From Methylorubrum extorquens (GTDB lineage: Bacteria > Pseudomonadota > Alphaproteobacteria > Rhizobiales > Beijerinckiaceae): a stretch of DNA of 32,000 bases. Position numbers and translations under genes: made by a program. Position 1 is the stretch's first letter, and each line of letters begins with the position of its first letter. The stretch covers positions 570,001 to 602,000 of the forward strand of contig LT962688.1 in the NCBI GenBank assembly GCA_900234795.1. Reading direction: 5' to 3'. Below are positions 1-9,274 of this stretch, one piece after another. The notes beneath the pieces are model-generated. The model saw only the letters and a program-made list of their open reading frames with translations. It had not been told where the DNA came from and did not search any database.

Positions 1-953
1 TTTCGCTGCTGCGCCTGCGCCAGGGCAAGGGCCAGCCGATCCGCGAGGACGGCCCGGCCAGCCACCTGACCAAGCGCGGCACGCCGACCATGGGCGGCCT
101 GATGATCCTGGCCGGCGCCGTGGTCTCGATCCTGCTCTGGACCAACCCGCATAACCACTACGTCTGGGTGACGCTCGCGGTGACCCTCGGCTTCGGCGCG
201 ATCGGCTTCTACGACGACTACCTCAAGGTGACGAAGCAGTCGCACAAGGGCTTCTCGGGGCGCTTCCGCCTGCTACTGGAATTCGCGATCGCGGGCGCGG
301 CCTGCCTGATGATCTCGCTCTACTCGCCCGCCGGACTGCAGAACCAGCTCGCTTTCCCCGTCCTCAAGGACACGCTGCTGAACCTCGGCTGGTTCTGGGT
401 GCCGTTCGCCGCCTTCGTGATCGTGGGGGCGGGCAACGCGGTCAACATCACCGACGGGCTCGACGGGCTCGCCATCGTTCCCGTCATGATCGCCTGCGCC
501 ACCTTCGGCATCATCGCCTACCTCGTCGGCAACGTGATCTATGCCGGCTACCTGCAGGTGAACTACGTGCGCGACACCGGCGAACTCGCCGTGGTCTGCG
601 GCGCGGTGATCGGGGCGGGGCTCGGCTTCCTGTGGTTCAACGCGCCGCCCGCGCAGATCTTCATGGGCGATACCGGCTCGCTCGCGCTTGGCGGCCTGCT
701 CGGCTCCATCGCCGTGGCGGCCAAGCACGAGATCGTGCTCGCCATCGTCGGCGGCCTGTTCGTCTTGGAGATCATGTCGGTGATCATCCAGGTCGTCTCG
801 TTCAAGCTCACGGGCAAGCGCGTCTTCCGCATGGCGCCGATCCACCACCACTTCGAGCAGAAGGGCTGGAAGGAGCCGCAGGTCGTGATCCGTTTCTGGA
901 TCATCGCCGTCATCCTGGCGCTGGTCGGGCTCGCCACGCTGAAGCTGCGCTGA
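1..953 (+). CDS. mraY: Phospho-N-acetylmuramoyl-pentapeptide transferase MraY, 5'-truncated by the window edge (frame starts at nt 3)
   Basis: The frame is open from nt 3 (..[34 protein letters not shown]..), so the ATG at 90 is internal. MraY hallmarks are present: [34 protein letters not shown]. Stop TGA at 951-953. High GC3. Confidence 0.95.
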   Translation, partial: SLLRLRQGKGQPIREDGPASHLTKRGTPTMGGLMILAGAVVSILLWTNPHNHYVWVTLAVTLGFGAIGFYDDYLKVTKQSHKGFSGRFRLLLEFAIAGAACLMISLYSPAGLQNQLAFPVLKDTLLNLGWFWVPFAAFVIVGAGNAVNITDGLDGLAIVPVMIACATFGIIAYLVGNVIYAGYLQVNYVRDTGELAVVCGAVIGAGLGFLWFNAPPAQIFMGDTGSLALGGLLGSIAVAAKHEIVLAIVGGLFVLEIMSVIIQVVSFKLTGKRVFRMAPIHHHFEQKGWKEPQVVIRFWIIAVILALVGLATLKLR

Positions 954-977
954 GCCGGGACGAGAGACATAAAAACC

Positions 978-2345
978 ATGACGCCAGCCACCACCTTCGC
1001 CGGCCAGAAACTCGCCCTGTTCGGCCTCGGCGGGTCCGGGCTCGTCACCGTCCGCTCGCTGCTGGCCGGCGGCGCCGACGTGCTGGCCTGGGACGACAAT
1101 GCGGGCAGCCGCGACCGCGCCCGCGAGCAGGGCATCACCGTTACCGATCTCAACGAGGCCGACTGGTCGGGCTTCTCCGCCCTGGTGCTGGCGCCCGGCG
1201 TGCCGCTGACGCATCCCGAGCCGCACTGGACCGTGGGACTGGCGCAGCAGGCCGGCATCCCGATCATCGGCGACATCGAGATTTTCTGCCGCGAGCGCGC
1301 GGCCCTGGCACCCGACGCACCGTTCGTGGCCATCACCGGCACCAACGGGAAATCCACTACCACGGCGCTCACCGCGCACCTGCTGCGCCACGCGGGACGC
1401 GACGTGCAGATGGGCGGCAATATCGGCACCGCGATCCTGTCGCTGGAGCCGCCCGCGGCTACCTGCGTCCACGTGGTCGAACTGTCCTCGTTCCAGATCG
1501 ACCTGACGCCCTCGCTCAAGCCCGGCGTCGGCATCCTGCTCAACCTGACGCCGGACCATCTCGACCGTCACGGCACCATGGAGAACTACGCCGCGATCAA
1601 GGAGCGGCTGGTGGCGGGCGCGGACCTCGCGGTGATCGGCGTCGATGACCCCTACTGCGCAGCGATCGCCGAGCGTCGCGCGGGCGAGCGCATCCGCCTC
1701 CACGTCGAGGGTCACGGCGACGCGGCGGGCGACTATGTCGGCGCCAACGGTACGGTGCGCGGGCCCGACGGCGCCGTGATCGCGGAGGTCTCGGGCATCC
1801 AGGCGCTGCTTGGCGACCACAACCTCCAGAACGCCGCCGCCGCCGTCGCCGCCGCGATCCGGCTCGGTCTCACCGGGGCGGAGATCGCGGCGGGGCTGAA
1901 GAGCTTTCCCGGCCTCGCCCACCGAATGGAGCCGCTGCGCCGGATCGGCCCGACGCTGTTCGTCAACGATTCCAAGGCGACCAACGCCGATTCGACCGAG
2001 AAGGCGCTGCTGGCCTTCCGCGACATCCACTGGATCGTCGGCGGCAAGGCGAAGGAGGGCGGCATCGAGCCGTTGGCGCCGCTGTTCGACCGCGTCGCCC
2101 ATGCCTACCTGATCGGCGCGTCGAGCGAGGCCTTCGCCGTAACGCTGGAAGGACGCGTGGCCTTCACCCGCTGCGGCACGCTGGAGGCCGCGACCGAGGC
2201 GGCGGCGCGAGCCGCCCGCGCATCCGGCACCGAGGCGCCGGTCGTGCTGCTGTCGCCGGCCTGCGCCTCATACGACCAGTTCCCGAACTTCGAGGTCCGC
2301 GGCGACCGTTTTCGGACCCTGGTCGCCGCGCTGCCGGACGCCTGA
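978..2345 (+). CDS. murD: UDP-N-acetylmuramoyl-L-alanine--D-glutamate ligase MurD
   Basis: 455 aa. Mur ligase P-loop [10 protein letters not shown]; C-terminal [17 protein letters not shown] typical of MurD. Sits directly after mraY, as in dcw clusters. Confidence 0.95.
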   Translation: MTPATTFAGQKLALFGLGGSGLVTVRSLLAGGADVLAWDDNAGSRDRAREQGITVTDLNEADWSGFSALVLAPGVPLTHPEPHWTVGLAQQAGIPIIGDIEIFCRERAALAPDAPFVAITGTNGKSTTTALTAHLLRHAGRDVQMGGNIGTAILSLEPPAATCVHVVELSSFQIDLTPSLKPGVGILLNLTPDHLDRHGTMENYAAIKERLVAGADLAVIGVDDPYCAAIAERRAGERIRLHVEGHGDAAGDYVGANGTVRGPDGAVIAEVSGIQALLGDHNLQNAAAAVAAAIRLGLTGAEIAAGLKSFPGLAHRMEPLRRIGPTLFVNDSKATNADSTEKALLAFRDIHWIVGGKAKEGGIEPLAPLFDRVAHAYLIGASSEAFAVTLEGRVAFTRCGTLEAATEAAARAARASGTEAPVVLLSPACASYDQFPNFEVRGDRFRTLVAALPDA

Positions 2346-2360
2346 GGGCGGGCCGGAGCC

Positions 2361-2408
2361 CGCTCAGGCGCTCTTCCGCTCAGGCGCTCTTCCGCTCAGG
2401 CGCTCTTG
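2361..2408. repeat. 16-bp direct tandem repeat x3 (cgctcaggcgctcttc; last base of the third copy differs) in the murD/kefB-like convergent gap
   Basis: Read directly: copies at 2361-2376, 2377-2392 and 2393-2408. The third copy contains the stop codon of the minus-strand CPA2 gene (tca at 2396-2398). Confidence 0.9.
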
Positions 2409-4288
2409 CCGACCGGCCGCGGGCTCGGCGCCGGTTCGGCGGCCTTGGCCTCGGACGGCGTCTCGCGCCCCTTGCCGACGGTGCGGCGGGCGCGGAAGAC
2501 CGGCCGCGCCTCCGCTTCCCGCCGCTTGAGCATGGTGCGGAACTCGTCGCGCCGCTCGTGGATCGAGGCGATGACGTGGCCCATCGGCACGCCGACATCG
2601 ACCAGCACGGCCTCCGAGAGCTGCAGCGAGGCCTCGATCGTCTCGGGCACCGCATCGTCGACGCCCATCTCGTAGAGTTGCGTGGCGTGGCGCGCGTCGC
2701 GGGCGCGGGCGACGATGGTGAGGTCCGGCCGTTCGGCGCGGGCGGCCTGCACCACCGCCTCCACGGCGCGGGGATTGTCGAGGGTCACCACCAGCGCGCG
2801 GGCCGTGGCGATGTCGCAGCGGCGCAGCATCTCCGTGTTGGCGGAATCACCGAAATAGACCGGGCTGCCGAGCCGGCGCTGTTCGGCGACGCGGGCGGGG
2901 TCCGAATCAACAGCGATGTGGGAAATCGCGTGGCGCTTGAGCATCTCGCCGACGAGCCGCCCGACCCGGCCATAGCCCGCGATGATCACCCGGTTCTGCT
3001 CCGGCTCCGGCACCGGCTCGGCCTGTGCCGGACCGACCTGCTGCTTCGAGGCGCGGCCGCCGATGCGGCGGCCGAGCGCCGCGAGGCCGGGAATCGCGAT
3101 CATGGTGACGGTGGTGACGATGAGGGCGGCGCCGCCGACCGGCTCCGGCACGAGCCCGGTCGCCATCGCGCCGCCGATCAGCACGAAGGCGAACTCGCCG
3201 CCGGGGCCGATCAGCAGGGCCGCCTCCAGGGCGACCGAACGGGACAGCTTCATGATGCGGGCGCCGACGAGCACCACGGCGCCCTTGATGACGAGGAGCC
3301 CGACCGACAGGCCGAGGATCGCGCCCGGCGCCGAGATGAGCTGGGCCGGATCGAGGTTCATGCCGACCGAGACGAAGAACACCCCGAGCAGCAGCCCCTT
3401 GAACGGATCGATGGTCGCCTCGATGGCGCGGCGATACTCGGTCTCGGCGAGCAGCAGGCCGGCGACGAAGGCGCCGAGCGTCATCGACAGGCCGCTGCCC
3501 GCCGCGACCAGCGCGGTCGCCACGATGACGAGCAGGCAGGCCGCCATGAACAGCTCCGGCGAGCGGGTGCGCGCGACGAGATGGAAGAGCGGGCGCAAAG
3601 CGACCCGGCCGGCCACGACGATCACCGCGAGGGCGATCGCCGCCTGTCCGAGCGCCAGGGCGAGCGCGGCCCCGAGGTCGCCGCCATCCTTGCGGCCGAG
3701 CACGGCGATGGCGAACAGGATCGGAGCAACCGCCAGATCCTGAAACAGCAGGATCGCGAAACTGGTGCGTCCGGCCGGCGTGCCGAGCCGCTTCTGCTCG
3801 GCGAGCACCGGCAGCACCACGGCGGTCGAGGAGAGGGCGAGCGCCAGCCCCACCAGCACCGCCCCGGCCACCGGCTGATCCAGAACGATGAGGATCACGG
3901 CGATCACGGTGGCGGAGGCCGCCACTTGAATCGCCCCGAGGCCGAAGACGAGCCGGCGCAGCACCCGCAGGCGCTCCCAGGACAGCTCGATCCCGATCAT
4001 GAACATCAGGAAGATGACGCCGAACTCGGCCAGATGCGCGATCTCCGCACGGTTGCCGATGGTGAACGACGCGAGCCAGGGATGCGCGTCGGCGAAGCGC
4101 CCGAGGCCGAACGGCCCGAGCAGCGCGCCCGCGCCGATGAAGCCGAGCACCGGGCTGATCCGCAGGCGGTGGAACAGCGGCACGACGATGCCGGCGGTGA
4201 CGAGGAAAAGGATCGCCTCCCGGTAGCCGCCCGCATGCGCGCCGGCTTCCGCGGCGATCTGGGTTCCGGCCTGCAGGGGGTCGGTCAT
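2396..4288 (-). CDS. CPA2-family monovalent cation:proton antiporter / glutathione-regulated K+ efflux protein (KefB/KefC-like) with C-terminal TrkA-N (RCK) domain
   Basis: The long ORF is trimmed to the ATG at 4288 (MTDPLQAGTQ..). It has about 12 hydrophobic helices followed by the Rossmann motif VIIAGYGRVGRLVG. The 69 codons upstream are Arg/Pro-rich and unlikely to be coding. Confidence 0.85.
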   Translation of the reverse strand: MTDPLQAGTQIAAEAGAHAGGYREAILFLVTAGIVVPLFHRLRISPVLGFIGAGALLGPFGLGRFADAHPWLASFTIGNRAEIAHLAEFGVIFLMFMIGIELSWERLRVLRRLVFGLGAIQVAASATVIAVILIVLDQPVAGAVLVGLALALSSTAVVLPVLAEQKRLGTPAGRTSFAILLFQDLAVAPILFAIAVLGRKDGGDLGAALALALGQAAIALAVIVVAGRVALRPLFHLVARTRSPELFMAACLLVIVATALVAAGSGLSMTLGAFVAGLLLAETEYRRAIEATIDPFKGLLLGVFFVSVGMNLDPAQLISAPGAILGLSVGLLVIKGAVVLVGARIMKLSRSVALEAALLIGPGGEFAFVLIGGAMATGLVPEPVGGAALIVTTVTMIAIPGLAALGRRIGGRASKQQVGPAQAEPVPEPEQNRVIIAGYGRVGRLVGEMLKRHAISHIAVDSDPARVAEQRRLGSPVYFGDSANTEMLRRCDIATARALVVTLDNPRAVEAVVQAARAERPDLTIVARARDARHATQLYEMGVDDAVPETIEASLQLSEAVLVDVGVPMGHVIASIHERRDEFRTMLKRREAEARPVFRARRTVGKGRETPSEAKAAEPAPSPRPVGKSA

Positions 4289-4590
4289 CGGGCTGATATG
4301 CTGACGCCTGGAGGGGAGGAGAGGGGCGGCCCGGCTCCTTGCATCTTCGATGCCGTGGGAGGGACCGGCGGCATCATGGGCGGCGAGCCGGTGGCGGAGC
4401 AACCGTTTTCCGGGGCGATCGGCCGTTTTCGCGCTCACTCCACCCGCGGCGATCGCGGCGGGCCGCCATCCACCGCTCATCGATCGGGCCGGCACAACTT
4501 CGGCACAATACGCCCTTACGCTCGGGTAACGCGATGTTAGGGGATGGCAGGTCCGCCGCTCAGCCGGAGGCCCGTAGCGATCTGAGGCCC

Positions 4591-5829
4591 ATGAAGTTCT
4601 GGCCCATGAAATTCTTGTCCGACACGCCTCCGAGCCGGGACGTGCAGCGCGAGCGGCGCGAATGGATGCTCGACCAGCAGCGCTGGAAGCACCAACGTGA
4701 CATCGAGCGTGGCTACCGCATCAAGTGGGGCTACGTCGCCATCGCCTATCTCGTCGAGTTCATGGTGATCGGCGCCTCGCTCTGGGGGGCGTGGCTGTTC
4801 GCGGGCACCTACAGCGACGGTGACGACCGGGCGTTCTACTTCATGCTGCTGGCGCCGCTCGTCTACGCCGCGGTGGAGCTGTGCCGCGTGCCGCTCGGCA
4901 TCCTGGCGCGCACCCAGCGCTCGTGGTTCGTGAAGGCGCTTGCCATCGTCGGCATCATCTTTGCCGCGGGCGTCACCACCAAGTCGGTGTCGCAGCTCGG
5001 CGAGATGATGTTCCATCCCCGCCTGATGGACGCGGCCAAGGCCAAGACCGCCCTCAAGGACGCGCAGGCCGACCGCAGCAGCATCGATACGCGTATCGCC
5101 GCCGCCAACGCGCGGGTCGAGCAATACACCAACGAACTGGAACAGATCGAGCGGCGCTCGGCCGAGAACGCCTCGCAGCTCGCCGGGCTTCCGGCGCAGC
5201 GCTGCGAGCGCGTCTACGGCACCAATAGCCGCGGCATGCGCTACTCGAACCTGAAATGCGTCACCGACCCGCGCACCGCGACCCTCAACGCCGCGGTGGC
5301 CAAGGCGGGCAGCGACCGGGGCGCCATCGTCAAGGAGCTGGAAGAGGCCCGCAAGGCCCGCGCCGCCCTCGACCGCGGCGCGGCCGACCGCAAGGTGGCC
5401 GATGCCGAGCAGGCCTACCGCAATTCGGTCAACCGCTCGCAGCTCCACTCCTTCACCGCGATGGTCTACGGCGTCGATCCGATCGACGTGAACGATGCGC
5501 AGGTCCACGCCTTCCTGCGCATCTTCGTGTTCGTACCCGCGCTCTGCGCCGCCTTCGCCTCGACGATCCTCGCTCTCTCGGCGGTCTCGGTGCGTAAGAC
5601 CTTCATGGACGAGGACGACCTCGGCGCCGCGGTGAACCCGGAGGCCACGCCCTACCTGCTCGCCTCCATCGCCGAGGGCGTGCGCCAGGAGATGGCGCTG
5701 GCCCAGCCGAGACCGATGACGCGGGAGGCCTCGGTGATTCCGCTGGAGCGGCGCACGGCGCCCGTGGTGCCGCCGCCCCCGCCGCCCGCCAACACCTCCG
5801 GCAACGCCACCACCGGCGCCACCGCGTAA
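4591..5829 (+). CDS. Hypothetical membrane protein: three N-terminal TM helices, long central coiled-coil-like region, one C-terminal TM helix, Pro-rich tail
   Basis: High GC3 in this frame. Hydrophobic segments: GYVAIAYLVEFMVIGASLWGAWLF, FYFMLLAPLVYAAVELC, ALAIVGIIFAAGV, FLRIFVFVPALCAAFASTILALSAV. The start is ambiguous (ATG at 4534, 4591 or 4606). I recognise no family. Confidence 0.6.
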   Translation: MKFWPMKFLSDTPPSRDVQRERREWMLDQQRWKHQRDIERGYRIKWGYVAIAYLVEFMVIGASLWGAWLFAGTYSDGDDRAFYFMLLAPLVYAAVELCRVPLGILARTQRSWFVKALAIVGIIFAAGVTTKSVSQLGEMMFHPRLMDAAKAKTALKDAQADRSSIDTRIAAANARVEQYTNELEQIERRSAENASQLAGLPAQRCERVYGTNSRGMRYSNLKCVTDPRTATLNAAVAKAGSDRGAIVKELEEARKARAALDRGAADRKVADAEQAYRNSVNRSQLHSFTAMVYGVDPIDVNDAQVHAFLRIFVFVPALCAAFASTILALSAVSVRKTFMDEDDLGAAVNPEATPYLLASIAEGVRQEMALAQPRPMTREASVIPLERRTAPVVPPPPPPANTSGNATTGATA

Positions 5830-5835
5830 ATCCAT

Positions 5836-5863
5836 CGAGCCGCCCCCGATCGGGAGCGGCTCG
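5836..5863 (+). terminator. GC-rich hairpin just after the stop of the 4591-5829 gene (candidate intrinsic terminator)
   Basis: Arms cgagccgcccccg (5836-5848) and cgggagcggctcg (5851-5863) are complementary except at one position. The outer 8 bp are perfect. It is followed by aattccttg, which is only a weak T tract. Confidence 0.35.
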
Positions 5864-5890
5864 AATTCCTTGCGAAATCCTTGTTCAAAC

Positions 5891-5934
5891 GCGCTCTCCC
5901 GCGCCGAACCGGCGGCCCCTTCGGCGGAGAGCGC
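5891..5934. other. Nested inverted repeat (9-bp outer stem enclosing a 6-bp inner stem) about 20 nt upstream of the 5956 gene
   Basis: Outer stem gcgctctcc (5891-5899) / ggagagcgc (5926-5934); inner stem gccgaa (5903-5908) / ttcggc (5920-5925). Both are perfect complements. Function unknown. Confidence 0.4.
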
Positions 5935-5955
5935 TCCTGAGGCGAGTGCCCGGCC

Positions 5956-6609
5956 ATGAGTATCCACACCGACGGCACGCACGAGAACATCGTGCTCGCG
6001 CAACACGTCAATGGCCGCCTGCGGGCGGAGGCGCGGATGCACTTCGCCCGCGCCTTTCTGCTGCGAGCGATCGGCGCCGGGGCCTTCTCGGCGCTGGCCG
6101 GGATCGGCATCGGCGCGGCCTGCTACGGCTATGCGTATATGAACCAGTTCGACTCGGCGGCGGAGAAGATCGCCAGCGCGATGCAGGCCGCGCTCTCCGA
6201 CGTGACGCTGAAGACCAAGGGCGAGGTCACCCTCACCGACAACACCCTGAAGCTCGAAGGCCTGCCGGCGCAGAAGGCCAACGCGGTGCCGACGCCGACC
6301 AAGGCGCAGCTCGGTACGGACGCCGCCCCGGCCTCGCAGGCGCCGGTGAACACGACCTTCACCGTGTTCAAGCAGGTGCCCTATCTCGACGGGCAGATCG
6401 TGACGGGTTGGAACTTCAAGGCCAACGAGGAGCGGCCGTTCCAGCAATATTGCTACTTCTCGCGTCGCTCGAACGAGACGAAGGGGCAGGTCGAGATCAA
6501 GATCGACCTCGCCATGGACGGCAAGACCCTGCCCCAGCCACAGAAGTCGGACGTGAATCTGGGGATTCTGGCCTCGAACTGCGTGTGGCACGACGGGAAG
6601 ACGTTGTGA
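5956..6609 (+). CDS. Hypothetical membrane-anchored protein (one N-terminal TM helix plus a soluble domain of about 150 aa)
   Basis: 217 aa with protein-like composition and high GC3. TM segment FLLRAIGAGAFSALAGIGIGAACYGYAY. The C-terminal domain has two Cys (YCYF, NCVW). No family recognised. Confidence 0.6.
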   Translation: MSIHTDGTHENIVLAQHVNGRLRAEARMHFARAFLLRAIGAGAFSALAGIGIGAACYGYAYMNQFDSAAEKIASAMQAALSDVTLKTKGEVTLTDNTLKLEGLPAQKANAVPTPTKAQLGTDAAPASQAPVNTTFTVFKQVPYLDGQIVTGWNFKANEERPFQQYCYFSRRSNETKGQVEIKIDLAMDGKTLPQPQKSDVNLGILASNCVWHDGKTL

Positions 6610-6704
6610 GGGAACGCCCCGGGCGTCGACCGCCGCGTGAGCGGTTGCCGAGCCGCTTCGCCTCGGGTTAGTCCGCTTCGATTCCCCTCCCGACGCGAGG
6701 CTCC

Positions 6705-7556
<852 letters not shown>

Positions 7557-7602
7557 CGGACCGCTGCGGCGCCCCAGTTAAGCGGCTCCGACCCGCCTCC
7601 GC

Positions 7603-8595
7603 GTGACCGATCCCATGCAGACAAAGAAACTCGGCCGCACCGGCCTCGACATCTCGCCCCTCTGCCTCGGCTGCATGACCTACGGCGTGCCGGAGCGGGG
7701 ACCGCATCCGTGGACCCTGCGGGAGGAGGAGAGCCGGCCGCTGATCAAGCGGGCGCTCGATCTCGGTATCAACTTCTTCGACACCGCGAACTACTACTCG
7801 GACGGCACCTCCGAGGAGATCGTCGGCCGCGCTCTCAAGGACTACGCCGACCGCGACAGCATCGTACTGGCCACCAAGGTCTACTACCCGCAGAAGAACC
7901 AGCCCAATGCCGGCGGCCTCTCGCGCAAGGCGATCTTTTCCGCGATCGACGCTTCACTGAAGCGGCTCGGCACCGATTACGTCGATCTCTACCAGATCCA
8001 TCGCTGGGACTACGCCACGCCGATCGAGGTGACGCTGGAGGCGCTGCACGACGTCGTGAAGGCGGGCAAGGCCCGCTACATCGGGGCCTCGTCGATGTTC
8101 GCGTGGCAGTTCGCCAAGGCGCTCTACACCGCGGACCTGAACGGCTGGACGCGGTTCGCGACGATGCAGAACCACCTCAACCTGCTGCACCGCGAGGAGG
8201 AGCGGGAGATGATCCCGCTCTGCGCCGACCAGGGCATCCCGCTCCTGCCCTGGAGCCCGCTCGCCCGCGGCCGGCTCACCCGCGACTTCGACGCGGGCAG
8301 CGCCCGGCAGGAAAGCGATCTCGTGGGCAAGAACCTCTACGACGCCACGGTCGAGGCCGACCGGCAGGTGGTCGAGGCGGTGGCCGACGTCGCGCGCGAC
8401 CGCGGCGTGCCTCGGGCGCAGGTGGCGCTCGCCTGGGTGATCCAGAAGCGGGGCGTGGCCGCCCCGATCATCGGCGCCTCGAAGCCGGGGCACCTCGACG
8501 ACGCGGCGGCGGCCCTCGACCTCGAATTGATGCCGGACGAGATCACCCGGCTCGAAGCCCCTTACGTTCCGCACGCCGTGGTCGGGTTCCAATGA
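7603..8595 (+). CDS. Aldo/keto reductase family oxidoreductase
   Basis: AKR signature: LGRTGLDISPLCLGCMTYG, INFFDTANYYSDGTSEEIVGRAL, YVDLYQIHRWD, GASSMFAWQF. The track start is the GTG at 7603. The ATG at 7615 (MQTKKLGRTGL) is an equally likely start. Confidence 0.9.
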   Translation: MTDPMQTKKLGRTGLDISPLCLGCMTYGVPERGPHPWTLREEESRPLIKRALDLGINFFDTANYYSDGTSEEIVGRALKDYADRDSIVLATKVYYPQKNQPNAGGLSRKAIFSAIDASLKRLGTDYVDLYQIHRWDYATPIEVTLEALHDVVKAGKARYIGASSMFAWQFAKALYTADLNGWTRFATMQNHLNLLHREEEREMIPLCADQGIPLLPWSPLARGRLTRDFDAGSARQESDLVGKNLYDATVEADRQVVEAVADVARDRGVPRAQVALAWVIQKRGVAAPIIGASKPGHLDDAAAALDLELMPDEITRLEAPYVPHAVVGFQ

Positions 8596-9122
8596 TGCGC
8601 CGCCTGCTCCTCCTGCGCCACGCCAAATCCGCCTACCCGCAGGGCGTGGCCGATATCGACCGCCCGCTCAATGGGCGCGGTCGGGAGGCCGCACCGCTGA
8701 TGGGCGCCTACCTCGCCCGCGAGGGGCTGACGCCGGACCATGTCATGGTCTCGCCGGCCCGGCGCACGCAGGAGACCTGGGCGGCTTTGCGGGCCGAGCT
8801 TCCCGAGACGCCGATGGAGACGGTGCCCTCGATCTACGAGGCGCCGGCCGCGCGCATTCTCGACGCGATCCGCTCCGCCCCGGCGGAGGCGGCGACCCTG
8901 CTCGTCATCGGCCACAATCCTGGCCTCGGCGATCTCGCCCTGCGACTCGTCGGCGAGGGGCCGAAGGACTTGCAGAAGGAACTACGCGAGAAGTTTCCGA
9001 CCGCGGCGCTCGCCGTGTTCGCGTTCGACGCGGAGGGCTGGGAGGATATCGCCGCGGGCGGCGGGCGTCTCCTGCGGTTCGTGCGCCCGCGCCAGCTCGC
9101 GGCGGACATGGACGACGATTGA
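8592..9122 (+). CDS. Histidine phosphatase superfamily protein (SixA-like phosphohistidine phosphatase)
   Basis: 176 aa. Only the last part of track ORF 7710-9122 is coding. MMRRLLLLRHAKS (RHG-type motif) and VIGHNPGLGDLA are present. The ATG at 8592 overlaps the AKR stop (ATGA), suggesting translational coupling. Confidence 0.8.
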   Translation: MMRRLLLLRHAKSAYPQGVADIDRPLNGRGREAAPLMGAYLAREGLTPDHVMVSPARRTQETWAALRAELPETPMETVPSIYEAPAARILDAIRSAPAEAATLLVIGHNPGLGDLALRLVGEGPKDLQKELREKFPTAALAVFAFDAEGWEDIAAGGGRLLRFVRPRQLAADMDDD

Positions 9123-9135
9123 TGGACGACGATTG
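9108..9135. repeat. Perfect 14-bp tandem duplication (atggacgacgattg x2) spanning the stop codon of the SixA-like gene
   Basis: Read directly: 9108-9121 and 9122-9135 are identical. The stop TGA is at 9120-9122, at the copy junction. Confidence 0.9.
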
Positions 9136-9152
9136 AGGTGCTTTGCCAGCGA

Positions 9153-9197
9153 GAGCATCGTCCCGAAAGCCGGCAAGCACCGTTCGGGATGATGCTC
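9153..9197 (+). terminator. 15-bp-stem hairpin downstream of the SixA-like gene (candidate terminator or structured RNA; no U tract)
   Basis: gagcatcgtcccgaa (9153-9167) pairs with ttcgggatgatgctc (9183-9197), with one G:U wobble and a 15-nt loop. Confidence 0.4.
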
Positions 9198-9274
9198 GGG
9201 CACCGAACCCTTCGCCCTCTTGCGCCGTTCCTCAACGAGAACAGCCGAGCTGACACCGCGTAGGGAAGACCGGC

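Noticed and set aside
273-2102. 609-aa minus-strand ORF antisense to mraY/murD. The same class includes 2558-4540(+), 4537-6591(-), 8834-10399(-), 11054-13081(-), 15448-16893(-), 19330-20517(+), 21286-22659(+), 24177-26339(-), 27010-28455(-) and 30426-31946(-).
   Set aside because: All lie opposite genes with clear family motifs. Their translations are Arg/Gly/Asp/Pro-rich low-complexity strings with no motifs. Long stop-free antisense frames are expected at about 70% GC.
4339-4590. Upstream extension of the 496-aa ORF, and the 69 extra codons of the kefB-like ORF (4289-4495).
   Set aside because: Both extensions fall in the divergent intergenic region. They encode Arg/His/Pro-rich sequence with no hydrophobic or conserved features, and internal ATGs give sensible N-termini.
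7710-8591. N-terminal 294 codons of the 470-aa track ORF 7710-9122.
   Set aside because: This part is an off-frame read-through of the aldo/keto reductase gene, giving an Arg/Pro-rich translation. Only the segment from the ATG at 8592 shows histidine-phosphatase motifs.
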